From positions 54,312,001-54,376,000 of the forward strand of contig NC_086102.1 of NCBI RefSeq assembly GCF_963921235.1: a stretch of DNA of 64,000 nt, read 5' to 3'. Below the pieces are notes generated by a model. The model did not search any database and had not been told where the DNA came from. It was given only the letters and a program-made list of their open reading frames with translations. Both the position numbers and the translations under genes were made by a program. Below are positions 53,340 through 63,540 of this stretch, piece after piece (position 1 is the first letter of the stretch; every line of letters begins with the position of its first letter). This DNA is from Mobula hypostoma. Its lineage: Eukaryota.

Positions 53340-54150
53340 TTTCACTTTTAAACTTAACATTCAGACAGTCAATCTACCATGATATTGTCTTTATTTTTCA
53401 CATGCTTTAGTACAAAAAAGTCAAATTCCTGCAAAATCATATCGTGTTATATTCAAAATGGCATTTGATCACCCATCGTCCCTTTTCCACTTAGAAACAG
53501 AACAATTAGTCATCAGGTGACCAGATTGCTTATCAGCTCAGATAACTGCCTGAACTTTACTCTGCACCGGTGCCAACTCATCAACGTTTTCCAAACCAAG
53601 CACATTTGCTGAACTTACTGAAAACCGCACTTATAAAAAGTTCCAAATAAATCATTAATTCTATCTCTGAGACCTTCAGTTCCACAGGTTTCCATAATAA
53701 CACCCACAGATGGTCCCTCCTGATCAAAACAACACTTCAGGTTTTGTCTCTCCACACCATAAACTTGGTTGTTTATTCCTAAATTCTAAAACAAACATAC
53801 TAGCACACAACTTGTTACCAAACCACTGTCCCTTCAGCAAGGTCAATGGTCCTGAAACCAATCCAGCCTTTAAATTTACCTTATTCAAAGGTTCAGAAAC
53901 AACACTTTTCTCAATATCTTCAATAACATTTACCTCACCAATTTTCATCTCATCACCAACTAACACAAGTGACTTAGAATCCTCAATTTCCACTGGTACC
54001 AAGGTTAACCCCTTATTCACTGAACCAAGTCCATCTGACACAAAAGGACTGCATTCCTTTTCAACTGAGTCAGACATCTCAGATCTAAACCGAGTTTCAA
54101 CACAAGGTTCAGTACCCTGTGGACCCACAGGTACTTCAACAACCTGAACA
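53340..54150 (-). pseudogene. Deleted pol remnant: protease-region fragment joined to the RNase H C-terminus
   Basis: PFVSDGL..VPV..PLNKVNLKAGLVSGP, then LQEFD..KHVKNKDNIMVD*LSEC* just upstream of the 3' LTR. RNase H last fits the Gmr1 order PR-INT-RT-RH. Confidence 0.6.
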
Positions 54151-54289
54151 CAGGCGATCGGAACAGGTCTCTTCTAGGCCTTCACCACTAGTCGCAGTTT
54201 CAAATTCCAGGTTACCCTGATCCTCCCAGCTGCTCTCTGGGAAACTCTCATCTGGAGTAAACTCAACGTTGTGGGTTAAAACAACCTCG

Positions 54290-54808
54290 TCCGCTAGTCT
54301 AGCAAGGTAGCAGCATCCTTTTCATCTGAGTATGCCTTTACATCATCTGGAACACACTTCTTAAATTCTTCAATCAAAACCAGCTCTATCAAGCTGTAAA
54401 AATCATCAGGGTCCAACACTGGACCTCCCAGCTGCTGACATCTCCCTCTCGAACTCTCTGTTTTTCTGCCTCTTCAGCCTCGAGCTGTTTTACTCATAAC
54501 TCAAACTCGAGCTGTTGCTGTCTCCGCTTCTCCTCAGCCTCAATTTCTACCTTAAGTCTATCTGACTTAATTTGTTCCAGTTGTATCTGGATCTCCTCTT
54601 CACCTCCAGGAAACCCCTTTAACACCTCCTCATCAAATTGCTCCACAGAGGTATAGTGTTCAGCTATCTTCCTTTGAATTTCCGTCTTTCTCATACCCTT
54701 CTTGACTTCCGTAAGTTTCAGTTCCTCAGCAATTTCCTGCAACTCATCCTTTCTAGCTTTCTTCAAAGCCACAGGGTCTGGTGAGGCCAGAATTTTCCTA
54801 ACATCCAT
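54290..54808 (-). pseudogene. Gypsy (Gmr1-type) gag remnant including a SCAN-like segment
   Basis: MDVRKILASPDPVALKKARKDELQEIAEELKL... at the N-terminus and DDFYSLIELVLIEEFKKCVPDDVKAYSDEKD...ADEVVLTH further on; internal deletion and frameshift. Confidence 0.75.
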
Positions 54809-54898
54809 TTCTGCTGTTTTTCCATACAAGCAAACCAAAAGGAATTTTCCCCACTCAGATCGATTAAGCCCCCAACAATTTTAAAATGGCTCCAAACA

Positions 54899-55164
54899 CA
54901 AACACGAGGAATTCTGCAGATGCTGGAAATTCAAGCAACACACATCAAAGTTGCTGGTGAACGCAGCAGTTCAGGCAGCATCTCTAGGAGGAGGTACAGT
55001 TGATGTTTCAGGCCGAGACCCTTCGTCAGGACTGAGGGACAGTCGACGTTTCAGGCCGAGACCCTTTGTCAGGACAGGTGAAGGGTCTCGGCCTGAAACG
55101 TCGACTGTACCTCTTCCCAGAGATGCTGCCTGGCCTGCTGGGTTCACCAGCAACTCCGATGTGT
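54899..55164. mobile_element. 266-bp palindromic Penelope-derived mini-element inside the Gypsy internal region
   Basis: 13-bp TSD atggctccaaaca (54886-54898 and 55165-55177). Inverted arms match the ends of the PLE at 58612-61566. Contains three hammerhead-type motifs. Confidence 0.85.
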
Positions 55165-55220
55165 ATGGCTCCAAACAATTTGTTCATATCCCGGATGCAG
55201 GCCTCAATTTTGTTAGGGAC

Positions 55221-55283
55221 CTGGTTAAAGGAACCTGTTTGGTAAATAGGAGATCCTGAGTTTGAATCTCAGCGGTGCCTCCA
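55221..55283 (+). other. Primer-binding site extended to a 63-nt copy of tRNA-Thr (D-loop to CCA)
   Basis: ctggttaaaggaacctgtttggtaaataggagatcctgagtttgaatctcagcggtgcctcca aligns to the recalled vertebrate tRNA-Thr(AGT) 3' part plus CCA, and ends 4 nt from the LTR. Confidence 0.8.
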
Positions 55284-55287
55284 ATTT

Positions 55288-56914
55288 TGTTATGTACCCC
55301 ATAATGGGTTGAAGAACCAGCAGAAATGGAACACACCTGGTGTCTGGTTTTGCTTTTAACTAATGCTATTTTTATTAGTAACTACACAATACAGTAATAT
55401 AAAAACCAGATAAATCAAACAGGTTAGCAAAGTTAATGCATATATGGGTGTGTAAATATAAAACCCAAACTTCTTCAAGCTTAGGTGGTAAGGGATGCAG
55501 TGTTACGATGGAATGTAAATTAAGTCAGTTTATTTTGTGTTATTGAGTTGAGTAGAATTGAGGAGAGAGAGAGAGAGAGAGAGAGAGGGGTGTTTTGCTG
55601 TCCACATAAGCCATGCAATCAATTCTCCCATTGTCCTCCGAAACTTCCAAGTTAGCCAAACTTGACCAACTTAAGATCGCCGTCTTCAAGTGATAGTCTA
55701 CCAACCCAGGCACACTGGTAGACTCCACAGGGTTGCTCTTTCACGCACCAATAATCACAGATCGATCCCTCGTAATCGATCCTCAGTCCCACAGTCATGG
55801 GCACCTGAAAGCGTAGTGGTAACTTCACAACACCTTAGTGCGTCTGCATGTCCTTTTCTTCGGTGTCCTCCGAAATCCTTTAAAGTCACTGAATGTGACA
55901 ACAAATAGGAGACCGTCTTCTGTGGTAAAGCTATCGACACAGGCAAGGGTTGGACACACTGAGAACTTGCGAGAGCCACTGATTGATTAGCCCGATCGAT
56001 CTTCCAAAACCCATCTTTTGTGGGCACACAAAGCTCATGCAGTGTCCGAATTCATGTGTGTCTCACTCCACACATGAAGTATCACTGACAGTGATCTTCG
56101 ACGAATATCCTTTCAACACAAGTGGTGCCACACCCGAATTCAGCTACGGGACATCCCAAAGTGGTGGCCACAGGATACTCAAACAGAATCCACGTATGGA
56201 TTATCACCAACAGTAGCCTATCACAAAGGGACCCTCTTCAAGGGAATCACCAAACACACAACTGTGATAGCCTCTTATCCAGTTCCACGACATACGAAAT
56301 AACTCCAACAGTGATTTGCCACAGGGGTGCCTTTCTTCAGTGAACTACCACACCCAAACAAGGGTAACACACACGTGGTATTCACAAAGGTCTTTCCCTC
56401 ACCGGAGAACCCACTCCTGCAGATTAACGAAGTGCAATCACACATTTGTGTTCGAATGGAACTCAAACGCACCCTTTTCAGCTACTTAGGAGAGAGTCCA
56501 AACAGTCACCTTTTTGTCACTAGGTTTCTTCTGTTTCAAACCTTCCTCTCCCCTCTACTCTTCCTGCAAACTTGTTCTAGTTGCAGAAAACTTGTGAGAA
56601 TCATTTATCAATACTCAGGATCGATCTAAACTCACTCCTTCTGGGCTACTAAAAGTTTACACCAGGACCTCATTCACTGGTGTCTTTCATTGATTGAATC
56701 CATCTTGACTCTGAGCATGTGTTTCTCTGTGTCTGTAACTGTCCTTGTAAAAAGTAAACTCGCTGCAGAGAAGCCATAACATCGATTGTCCATCAAATAC
56801 CTTCACCTCTCTCTCTCTGTAGGAACTCACAAGCAGTGTCCAAAAGTCAGTCTCATTCTCCCGATGTTTAAAGTGACAGTCCACAGAAAATATGAACCCT
56901 AGGGGTACATAACA
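55288..56914 (-). repeat. 5' LTR (1627 bp)
   Basis: tgttatgtaccc...gggtacataaca; the PBS follows it on the minus strand after a 4-nt spacer. Confidence 0.9.
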
Positions 56915-58709
56915 GGTGGTCTGTGTTTACGTTAAATGCAAAAACAGTCAGGTAGATCCTGTAAAAAGCAGAGAAAATGAGCAAAAGTAAAAGAAGAGAA
57001 AAACACGGAAAGAACAGGCAAAGCATCAAACATCTCAGTGATTGAAAAGGAACAATAAGCACCATAGTCTGAGGATGAACTAGATGCTGTATCCCTGACT
57101 TTCCCAGGCCCTGTTTGAACAAGGCTCATGCCAAGCGAGCTTCTTGAGTATTCGGTGAGGTTGGCTTCAGCTGAAGCCCTGCCACAGGTGGTAGTTCCCA
57201 ATACCACTACTGAAGCTGGAGGGGGGCAGAGGGAATGAATGAAATATTGATCTAAGTGTACCTCGAACTGATCCAGTGGGAGCTCGAAGAAATTGTTTCC
57301 CTTGGACTGTAGACTGGCATACAGAATCAGTGTTGGACAGGAGACAATGATGTTAGTGAATATTGTGAACGCATGCATAAATGTTTTCAAAAGCATCCAG
57401 ATTAACTCTACAAGTGGATGCCCATCCTAATAAATGTTAGGATAAATAAGTTGCAGCCTAGATTATAGGAAAACATGTACTGTTACTTGTGTGTTACGAG
57501 AAAGTTAAGTAAAATTCCCAGTGCTTTACAATATTGCCAAAAACAAATACAACATCAAGGGATTAAAGCTGTTAAGGGGAATGGGGCCAATACTTGTGTG
57601 AAACATCCCGAGCTGCTCCACTAAAAACTCTGGGCAATATTGTACTCAACTGCCCTTGCAGTTCATTTGTACCAAGCTCAGCAGGCAGTTAAACACGTTC
57701 TCAAAAACCACCCGAGCTAGAAGCTTTCTACAGTTCTTTTAATCTGAAAAACATCTGACGCTGCATAAAGTTAAGTAAAATACATATTAGATTCAACATA
57801 GTATCATCTAATACCTGAATATACCAATACTATCAATTATTTTCACGATCAATTTTAAACAAGTGAATACACTCATGCTACATTCCATACTATGCTGGGT
57901 AGATCAGAGTGAGCCTGTGGCACAACAATAGCTTCATAGCAATAAATGATAAATGTAATACTTCTTTCAAAATATGTCTTCTAAATGTTTACCAATGTTA
58001 AGAAAGCTTATGACTCACAGATATTGATGTTTCAAGGGCAAATGATGAGCGGGTGGAGATGGCTATCTTTCTGCACCACGTTCTTCAAGCCAATAACTGA
58101 ATTAACCTTTGCAAAAAATAATAAAGTAAAAAAAAAATTGGATTAGATTAGAATATGAGGATACAGTCTTCTTTTATTGTCATTTAGTAATGCATGCATT
58201 AAGAAATGATACAATGTTTCTCCAGAATGATATCACAGAAACACAAGACAAACCAGAAATGATGTTCATACAAAATGAACAATGCTTCTAGAAACCAAAA
58301 CACACCGTCCTGGCATCCATGGGATGTCAGGTTAACTACTGAAACTAAAAGGCAGATAGTCATTTCATTAAGTCTTTGGCAAAAGAAGGATTTGAAAACA
58401 GTCTTACCACACAGTCCTTAACCATTCTTGCTTCGAAAATGTCGCCCTTGATGACACACTTGCTTGTGGCAGTGTCTGATGAGCAGACCGGTGACACAGT
58501 GCTCACCCAGAAGGACACTTGGTGAGGTAACTCTGAAGTGAATTGAGCTCTCCTAATACATCCTCCAACTCATAGTAATTCTTCAGAGTCAACAGGGTTC
58601 ATTAAGGTAATCATGAGGAATTCTGCAGATGCTGGAAATTCAAGCAACACACATCAAAGTTGCTGGTGAACGCAGCAGGCCAGGCAGCATCTCTAGGAAG
58701 AGGTACAGT

Positions 58710-58738
58710 TGACGTTTCAGGCCGCGACCCTTCGTCAG
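58710..58738 (-). ncRNA. Minimal hammerhead ribozyme motif at the PLE terminus
   Basis: agtc-CTGACGA-AGG gtcgcgg CCT-GAAA-CGTC-aactg. Confidence 0.6.
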
Positions 58739-59822
58739 GACTAACTGAAAGAAGAGCTACTAAGAGATTTGAAAGTGGGAGGGGGAGGGGGAGATCCAAA
58801 ATGATAGGAGAAGACAGGAGGGGGATGGATGGAGCCAAGAGCTGGACAGTTGATTGGCAAAGGGGATATGAGAGGATCATGGGACAGGAGGCCCAGGGAG
58901 AAGGAAAAGGGGGAGGGGGGAAAAACCCAGAGGATGGGTAAGGGGTATAGTCAGAGGGACAGAGGGAGAAAAAAGAGAGTGAGGGAAAGAATGTGTGTAT
59001 AAAAATAAATAACGGATGGGGTACGAGGGGGAGGTGGGGTATTAGTGGAAGTTAGAGAAGTCAATGTTCATGCCATCAGGTTGGAGACAACCCAGACGGA
59101 ATATAAGGTGTTGTTCCTCCAACCTGAGTGTGGCTTCATCTTTACAGTAGAGGAGGCCGTGGATAGACATGTCAGAATGGGAATGGGATGTGGAATTAAA
59201 ATGTGTGGCCACTGGGAGATCCTGCTTTCTCTGGCAGACAGAGCGTAGGTGTTCAGCAAAACAATCTCCCAGTCTGCGTCGGGTCTCGCCAATATATAAA
59301 AGGCCACATCAGGAGCACCGGACGCAGTATATCACCCCAGTCGACTCACAGGTGAAGTGTCGCTTCACCTGGAAGGACTGTCTGGGGCCCTGAATGGTGG
59401 TAAGGGAGGAAGTGTAGCACTTGTTCCGCTTACAAGGATAAGTGCCAGGAGGGAGATCAGTGGGGAGGGATTGGGGGGACGAATGGACAAGGGAATCGCG
59501 TAGGGAGCGATCCCTGTGGAAAGCTGGGGAGGGGGGGAGGGAAAGATGTGCTTAGTGGTGGGATCCCGTTGGAGGTGGCGGAAGTTACGGGATTTAATAT
59601 GTTGGACCTGGAGGCTGGTGGGGTGGTAGGTGAGGACCTGGGAACCCTATTCCTAGTGGGGTGGCTGGAATGAATAGCCTCATCCTGACAGCAGATGTGG
59701 CGGAGATGGAGGAATTGCGAGAAGGGGATGGCATTTTTGCAAGAGACAGGGTGAGAAGAGGAATAGTCCAGATAGCTGTGAAAGTCAGTAGGCTTATAGT
59801 AGACATCAGTAGATAAGCTGTC

Positions 59823-60410
59823 TCAAGAGATAGAGACAGAAAGATCTAGAAAGGGGAGGGAGGTGTCAGAAATGGACCAGGTAAACTTGAGGGCAGGGTG
59901 AAAGTTGGAGGCAAAGTTAATAAAGTCAACGAGTTCTGCATGCGTGCAGGAAGCAGCGCCAATGCAGTCGTCGATGTAGCGAAGGAAAAGTGGGGGACAG
60001 ATACCAGAATAGGCACGGAACATAGATTGTTCCACAAAACCAACAAAAAGACAGGCATAGCTAGGACCCATATGGGTGCCCATAGCTACACCTTTAGTTT
60101 GGAGGAAGTGGGAAGAACCAAAGGAGAAATTATTAAGAGTAAGGACTAATTCCGCTAGACGGAGCAGAGTGGTGGTAGAGGGGAACTGATTAGGTCTGGA
60201 ATCCAAAAAGCAGCGGAGAGCTTTGAAACCTTCCTGATGGGGGATGGAAGTATATAGGGACTGGACATCCATGGTGAAAATAAAGCGGTGGGGGCCAGGG
60301 AACTTAAAATCATCGAAAAGTTTAAGAGTGTGAGAAGTGTCACGAACATAGGCAGGAAGGGATTGAACAAGGGGTGATAAAACCGTGTTGAGGTATGCAG
60401 AAACGAGCTG
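59823..60410 (-). pseudogene. PLE reverse transcriptase fragment
   Basis: FIFTMDVQSLYTSIP...FLQTKGVAMGTHMGPSYACLF...FLRYIDDCIG...LPFLDL; 5'-truncated and frameshifted downstream. Confidence 0.85.
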
Positions 60411-60699
60411 CATCTGCTCTCAGGATGAGGCTTTTCATTCCAGGACGAGGGAGATGTCCTCCTTTTTTAAAGAAAGGGGCTTCCCTTCCTCCACCATCAA
60501 CTCTGCTCTCAAATACATCTCCCCCATTTCATACACATCTGCTCTCACTGCATCCTCCCGCCACCCCACTAGGAATAGGGTTCCCCTGGTCCTCACCTAC
60601 CACCCCACCAGCCTCTGGGTCCAACATATTGTTCTCCGTAACTGCCGCCACCTCCAATGGAATCCCACCACTAAGCACATCTTTCCCTCCCCCCCTCTC

Positions 60700-61180
60700 T
60701 TTCTGCAGGGATCACTCCCTACGCGACTCCCTTGTCCATTCGTCCCCCCCATCCCTCCCCACTGATCTCCCTCCTGGCACTTATCCTTGTAAGCGGAACA
60801 AGTGCTACACTTCCTCCCTTACCACCATTCAGGGCCCCAAACAGTCCTTCCAGGTGAGGCGACACTTCACCTGTGAGTCGGCTGGGGTGATATACTGTGT
60901 CCGGTGCTCCCGATGTGGCCTTCTATATATTGGCGAGACCCGACGCAGACTGGGAGATCGTTTTGCTGAACACCTACGCTCTGTCCGCCAGAGAAAGCAG
61001 GATCTCCCAGTGGCCACACATTTTAATTCCACATCCCATTCCCATTCTGACATGTCTATCCACGGCCTCCTCTACTGTAAAGATGAAGCCACACTCAGGT
61101 TGGAGGAACTACACCTTATATTCCGTCTGGGTAGCCTCCAACCTGATGGCATGAACATTGACTTCTCTAACTTCCGCTAA
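60700..61180 (+). pseudogene. PLE GIY-YIG endonuclease fragment
   Basis: VIYCVRCSRCGLLYIGETRRRLGDRFAEHLRSVR...PVATHFN...LEELHLIFRLGSLQPDGMN*. Confidence 0.85.
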
Positions 61181-61959
61181 TGCCCCACCTCCCCCTCTAT
61201 TTGTCTATTTATATACACACATTCTTTCTCTCACTCACCTTTTTCTCCCTCTGTCCCTCTGGCTGTACCCCTTACCCATCCTCTGAGTTTCCCCCCCCCC
61301 ACTTTTCCTTCTCTCTGGGCCTCCTGTCCCATGATCCTCTCAATTCCCTTTTGCCAATCACCTGTCCAGCTCTTGGCGCCACCCGTCCCCCTCCTGTCTT
61401 CTCCTATCATTTTGGATCTCCCCCTCCCCCTCCCACTTTCAAATCTCTTACATAGCTCTTCCTTCAGTTAGTCCTGACGAAGGGTCTCGGTCTGGAACGT
61501 TGACTGTACCTCTTCCTAGAGATGCTGCCTGGCCTGCTGCGTTCACCAGCCACTTTGATGTGTGTTGTTCATTAAGGTAATGTTAGATTGGGAGAAGTTC
61601 CCGTTTTGTGATGCACTGTACTTCCTCTGCATAAACTTGTCTATTGAACAGCAAACAGGATTGTAACCTTTTCCCGATTCAGTTTCTCTGTGCTGAGAGG
61701 TTGCTTACAAATGTGCCAACCATCCAAAGGCTGACTTTGGCTAATCCTACAATATTCACTGTCGTATAGAAACTACTCCCATAGGGTCCGAAGTGACTTT
61801 TGCACCCATTCTCCAGGACACTAGTCTTAAATACGCTGACAGTACGCTGATGAGCACAATCAAGGGAGACCGCATTCTCTATGACCCAACCAGGTCCAAT
61901 ATTTGTGCGTAAGGTGCATAGTGAACTAATGCACTGTCCATGTACCTTATGTCCCTCCC

Positions 61960-63540
61960 AAGCAACAGAGTCTTTAGTCGCTGGAATGTCTGTGCTGAAT
62001 TTTTCAGCTCAAGTAGCATGCACAGAAACTCAAGTAGGCCAAACAGGGTTCTAACAGCAATTTTGAGAATACGTATCCTCAGTGCCCACAGGCACTTGAT
62101 GGTAGCTCCTGACTAAGACCACTTTAGAAAAAAATACCTTTCTGGCGAAGCGTGCTGAAAAGTGTTGGTGGGACTGGGTAATGACTGGGGGTGGCAGCAA
62201 CCAAGATTGGGCTTCGGGACCATGTGAAGGGGTGAAGCCCAAGGGCTTTTCATCCTGCGTATAATGCCAAGCATTTCCATGTTAACAAACTCAGCCTTCA
62301 TGCTGGCCGGCTTTTCTGAGTCCAGCCTATGCACATGGACCAGTGAGTCAGCTGTGGAAATGTAGTGCTCAACCCCAGGCTATGTAACTCTGGTACAAAA
62401 TGGGGACTTGCTGAGGTTTGAGAATATGCCCAGCGGGTGGGTAGTCACTTATGGTGGTGCATGCACTAGACAGAATTGTTGTGAGAAACTTACTGGGTCT
62501 ATAGGGTAATGACCCAGAGCTCGTTGTGTCCACAATTTGGCAGTTCCTAAGATCTACTCACCGTGTTTTGGTGCACAGGAAATATGCATACAGCAGAGAT
62601 CCAGCAACTTTAGCAAGATAAAGTTCATATGCAGCATTGACCACTGAAGCAAAGCATCACGCGTTATGTCCCATAAGTCCGGATCCAGCTGCCGTTAGCA
62701 GCCTCCAGTGAGGGTCCTTTGTTCTCTACCTTTTAATCAATTGTCAATACTGGCAGCAAAGTTACTTGAGTGCATGTGTCACACAGGAAGCCTCACCTGA
62801 AAGGGTGTCCTTAATGAACAGCAGACTATCCTGGCAGCTATCCATGGAGTTCTCAGACCTCTGATGTCCCAATGCGCCTAGCACTGTCAAAGCTGTCACT
62901 TACTGGCATTCATGCTGAAGTGAGCATGTTAAAAACATAGACCTGGTATTGTCTGGTTCGGAGCCGTGGGCATGAGTCTGCTGGAAGGTCTGCTGACAGG
63001 GCTTATTGAGACAGGTAAAGAAGGAGGGACAATGCACTTCTGTCTGCCTAAGAAAGTCCATTAGAGCAAGTTCCCCATCATCCTTCAGGACTATTCAAAT
63101 TTGATCAGGCAAAAAAGCTCTTTAAAAATAAAATATGGATGGTGATTGCCTAGTAGAAGTAGCACATAGTCTGTTAGTTCTGAAGGTCTAACATCATCCA
63201 GGCTGGGCAAATTGATCCACTGTTTGCTGTGCTCGGACTTAGACAGTTCAAAAGTCTGTAATGGGTGAGTTTTCAGAGTGACTTATTTATCAGTTGCAGG
63301 TGGGTCTTCTAGTAGACTCACCACTCTGGCTGCAGAGGAACTACTCAGCAATGCAATGGCATGGTAAGATCTGGTATGTCTGTGGGGATTTCTCACAGTG
63401 CAAACTGGGCTTCTGTCTGTGCAAACATGTGGATGCATGCTGCTCCCAAAATTCCAGCAGCTTCAAACTGACTGCATTGGTTGACATATCATTGAGTAAC
63501 TCCGGAATTATCCAAGTGTCAGGGTCACCAATGTAGGATT
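61960..63540 (-). mobile_element. Degenerate Gypsy (CsRn1-like) gag-protease-RT remnant (copy B)
   Basis: AVSLKLLEFWEQ (gag), FLCDT and LEAANGSWIRTYG (protease), SPWASPLHMVPK (RT). Confidence 0.75.

Larger units (their letters stand above)
51563..56914 (-). mobile_element. Non-autonomous Gmr1-type Gypsy LTR retrotransposon with two LTRs
   Basis: Direct repeats of about 1.63-1.65 kb with TG...CA ends and 4-bp TSD GGTG (51559-51562 and 56915-56918). PBS lies next to the 55288 LTR and a PPT-like tract next to the 53208 LTR. Gag, protease and RNase H remnants are present; integrase and most of RT are deleted. Confidence 0.9.
58612..61566. mobile_element. Penelope-like retroelement (GIY-YIG, possibly Neptune group) with inverted arms
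   Basis: 15-bp TSD gttcattaaggtaat (58597-58611 and 61567-61581). Minus arm about 58612-60410 holds RT (DVQSLYTSI, KGVAMGT, LRYIDD) and the 3' end. Plus arm about 60411-61566 holds the thumb, GIY-YIG (LYIGETRRRLGDRFAEH) and the 3' end. Confidence 0.9.
58330..61960 (-). mobile_element. Bel/Pao remnant (copy B), split by the PLE at 58612-61566
   Basis: Colinear with copy A; APYAQILDL, QVYAEEVQCI, HCVTGLLIRHCHKQVCHQGR. Confidence 0.65.

Noticed and set aside
55221-55283. Functional tRNA gene
   Set aside because: It lacks the 5' acceptor strand and box A, has encoded CCA, and sits at the PBS position of an LTR element.
56932-57396. 154-aa minus-strand ORF
   Set aside because: No recognisable domain or convincing splice sites, and low-complexity composition; treated as a chance ORF.
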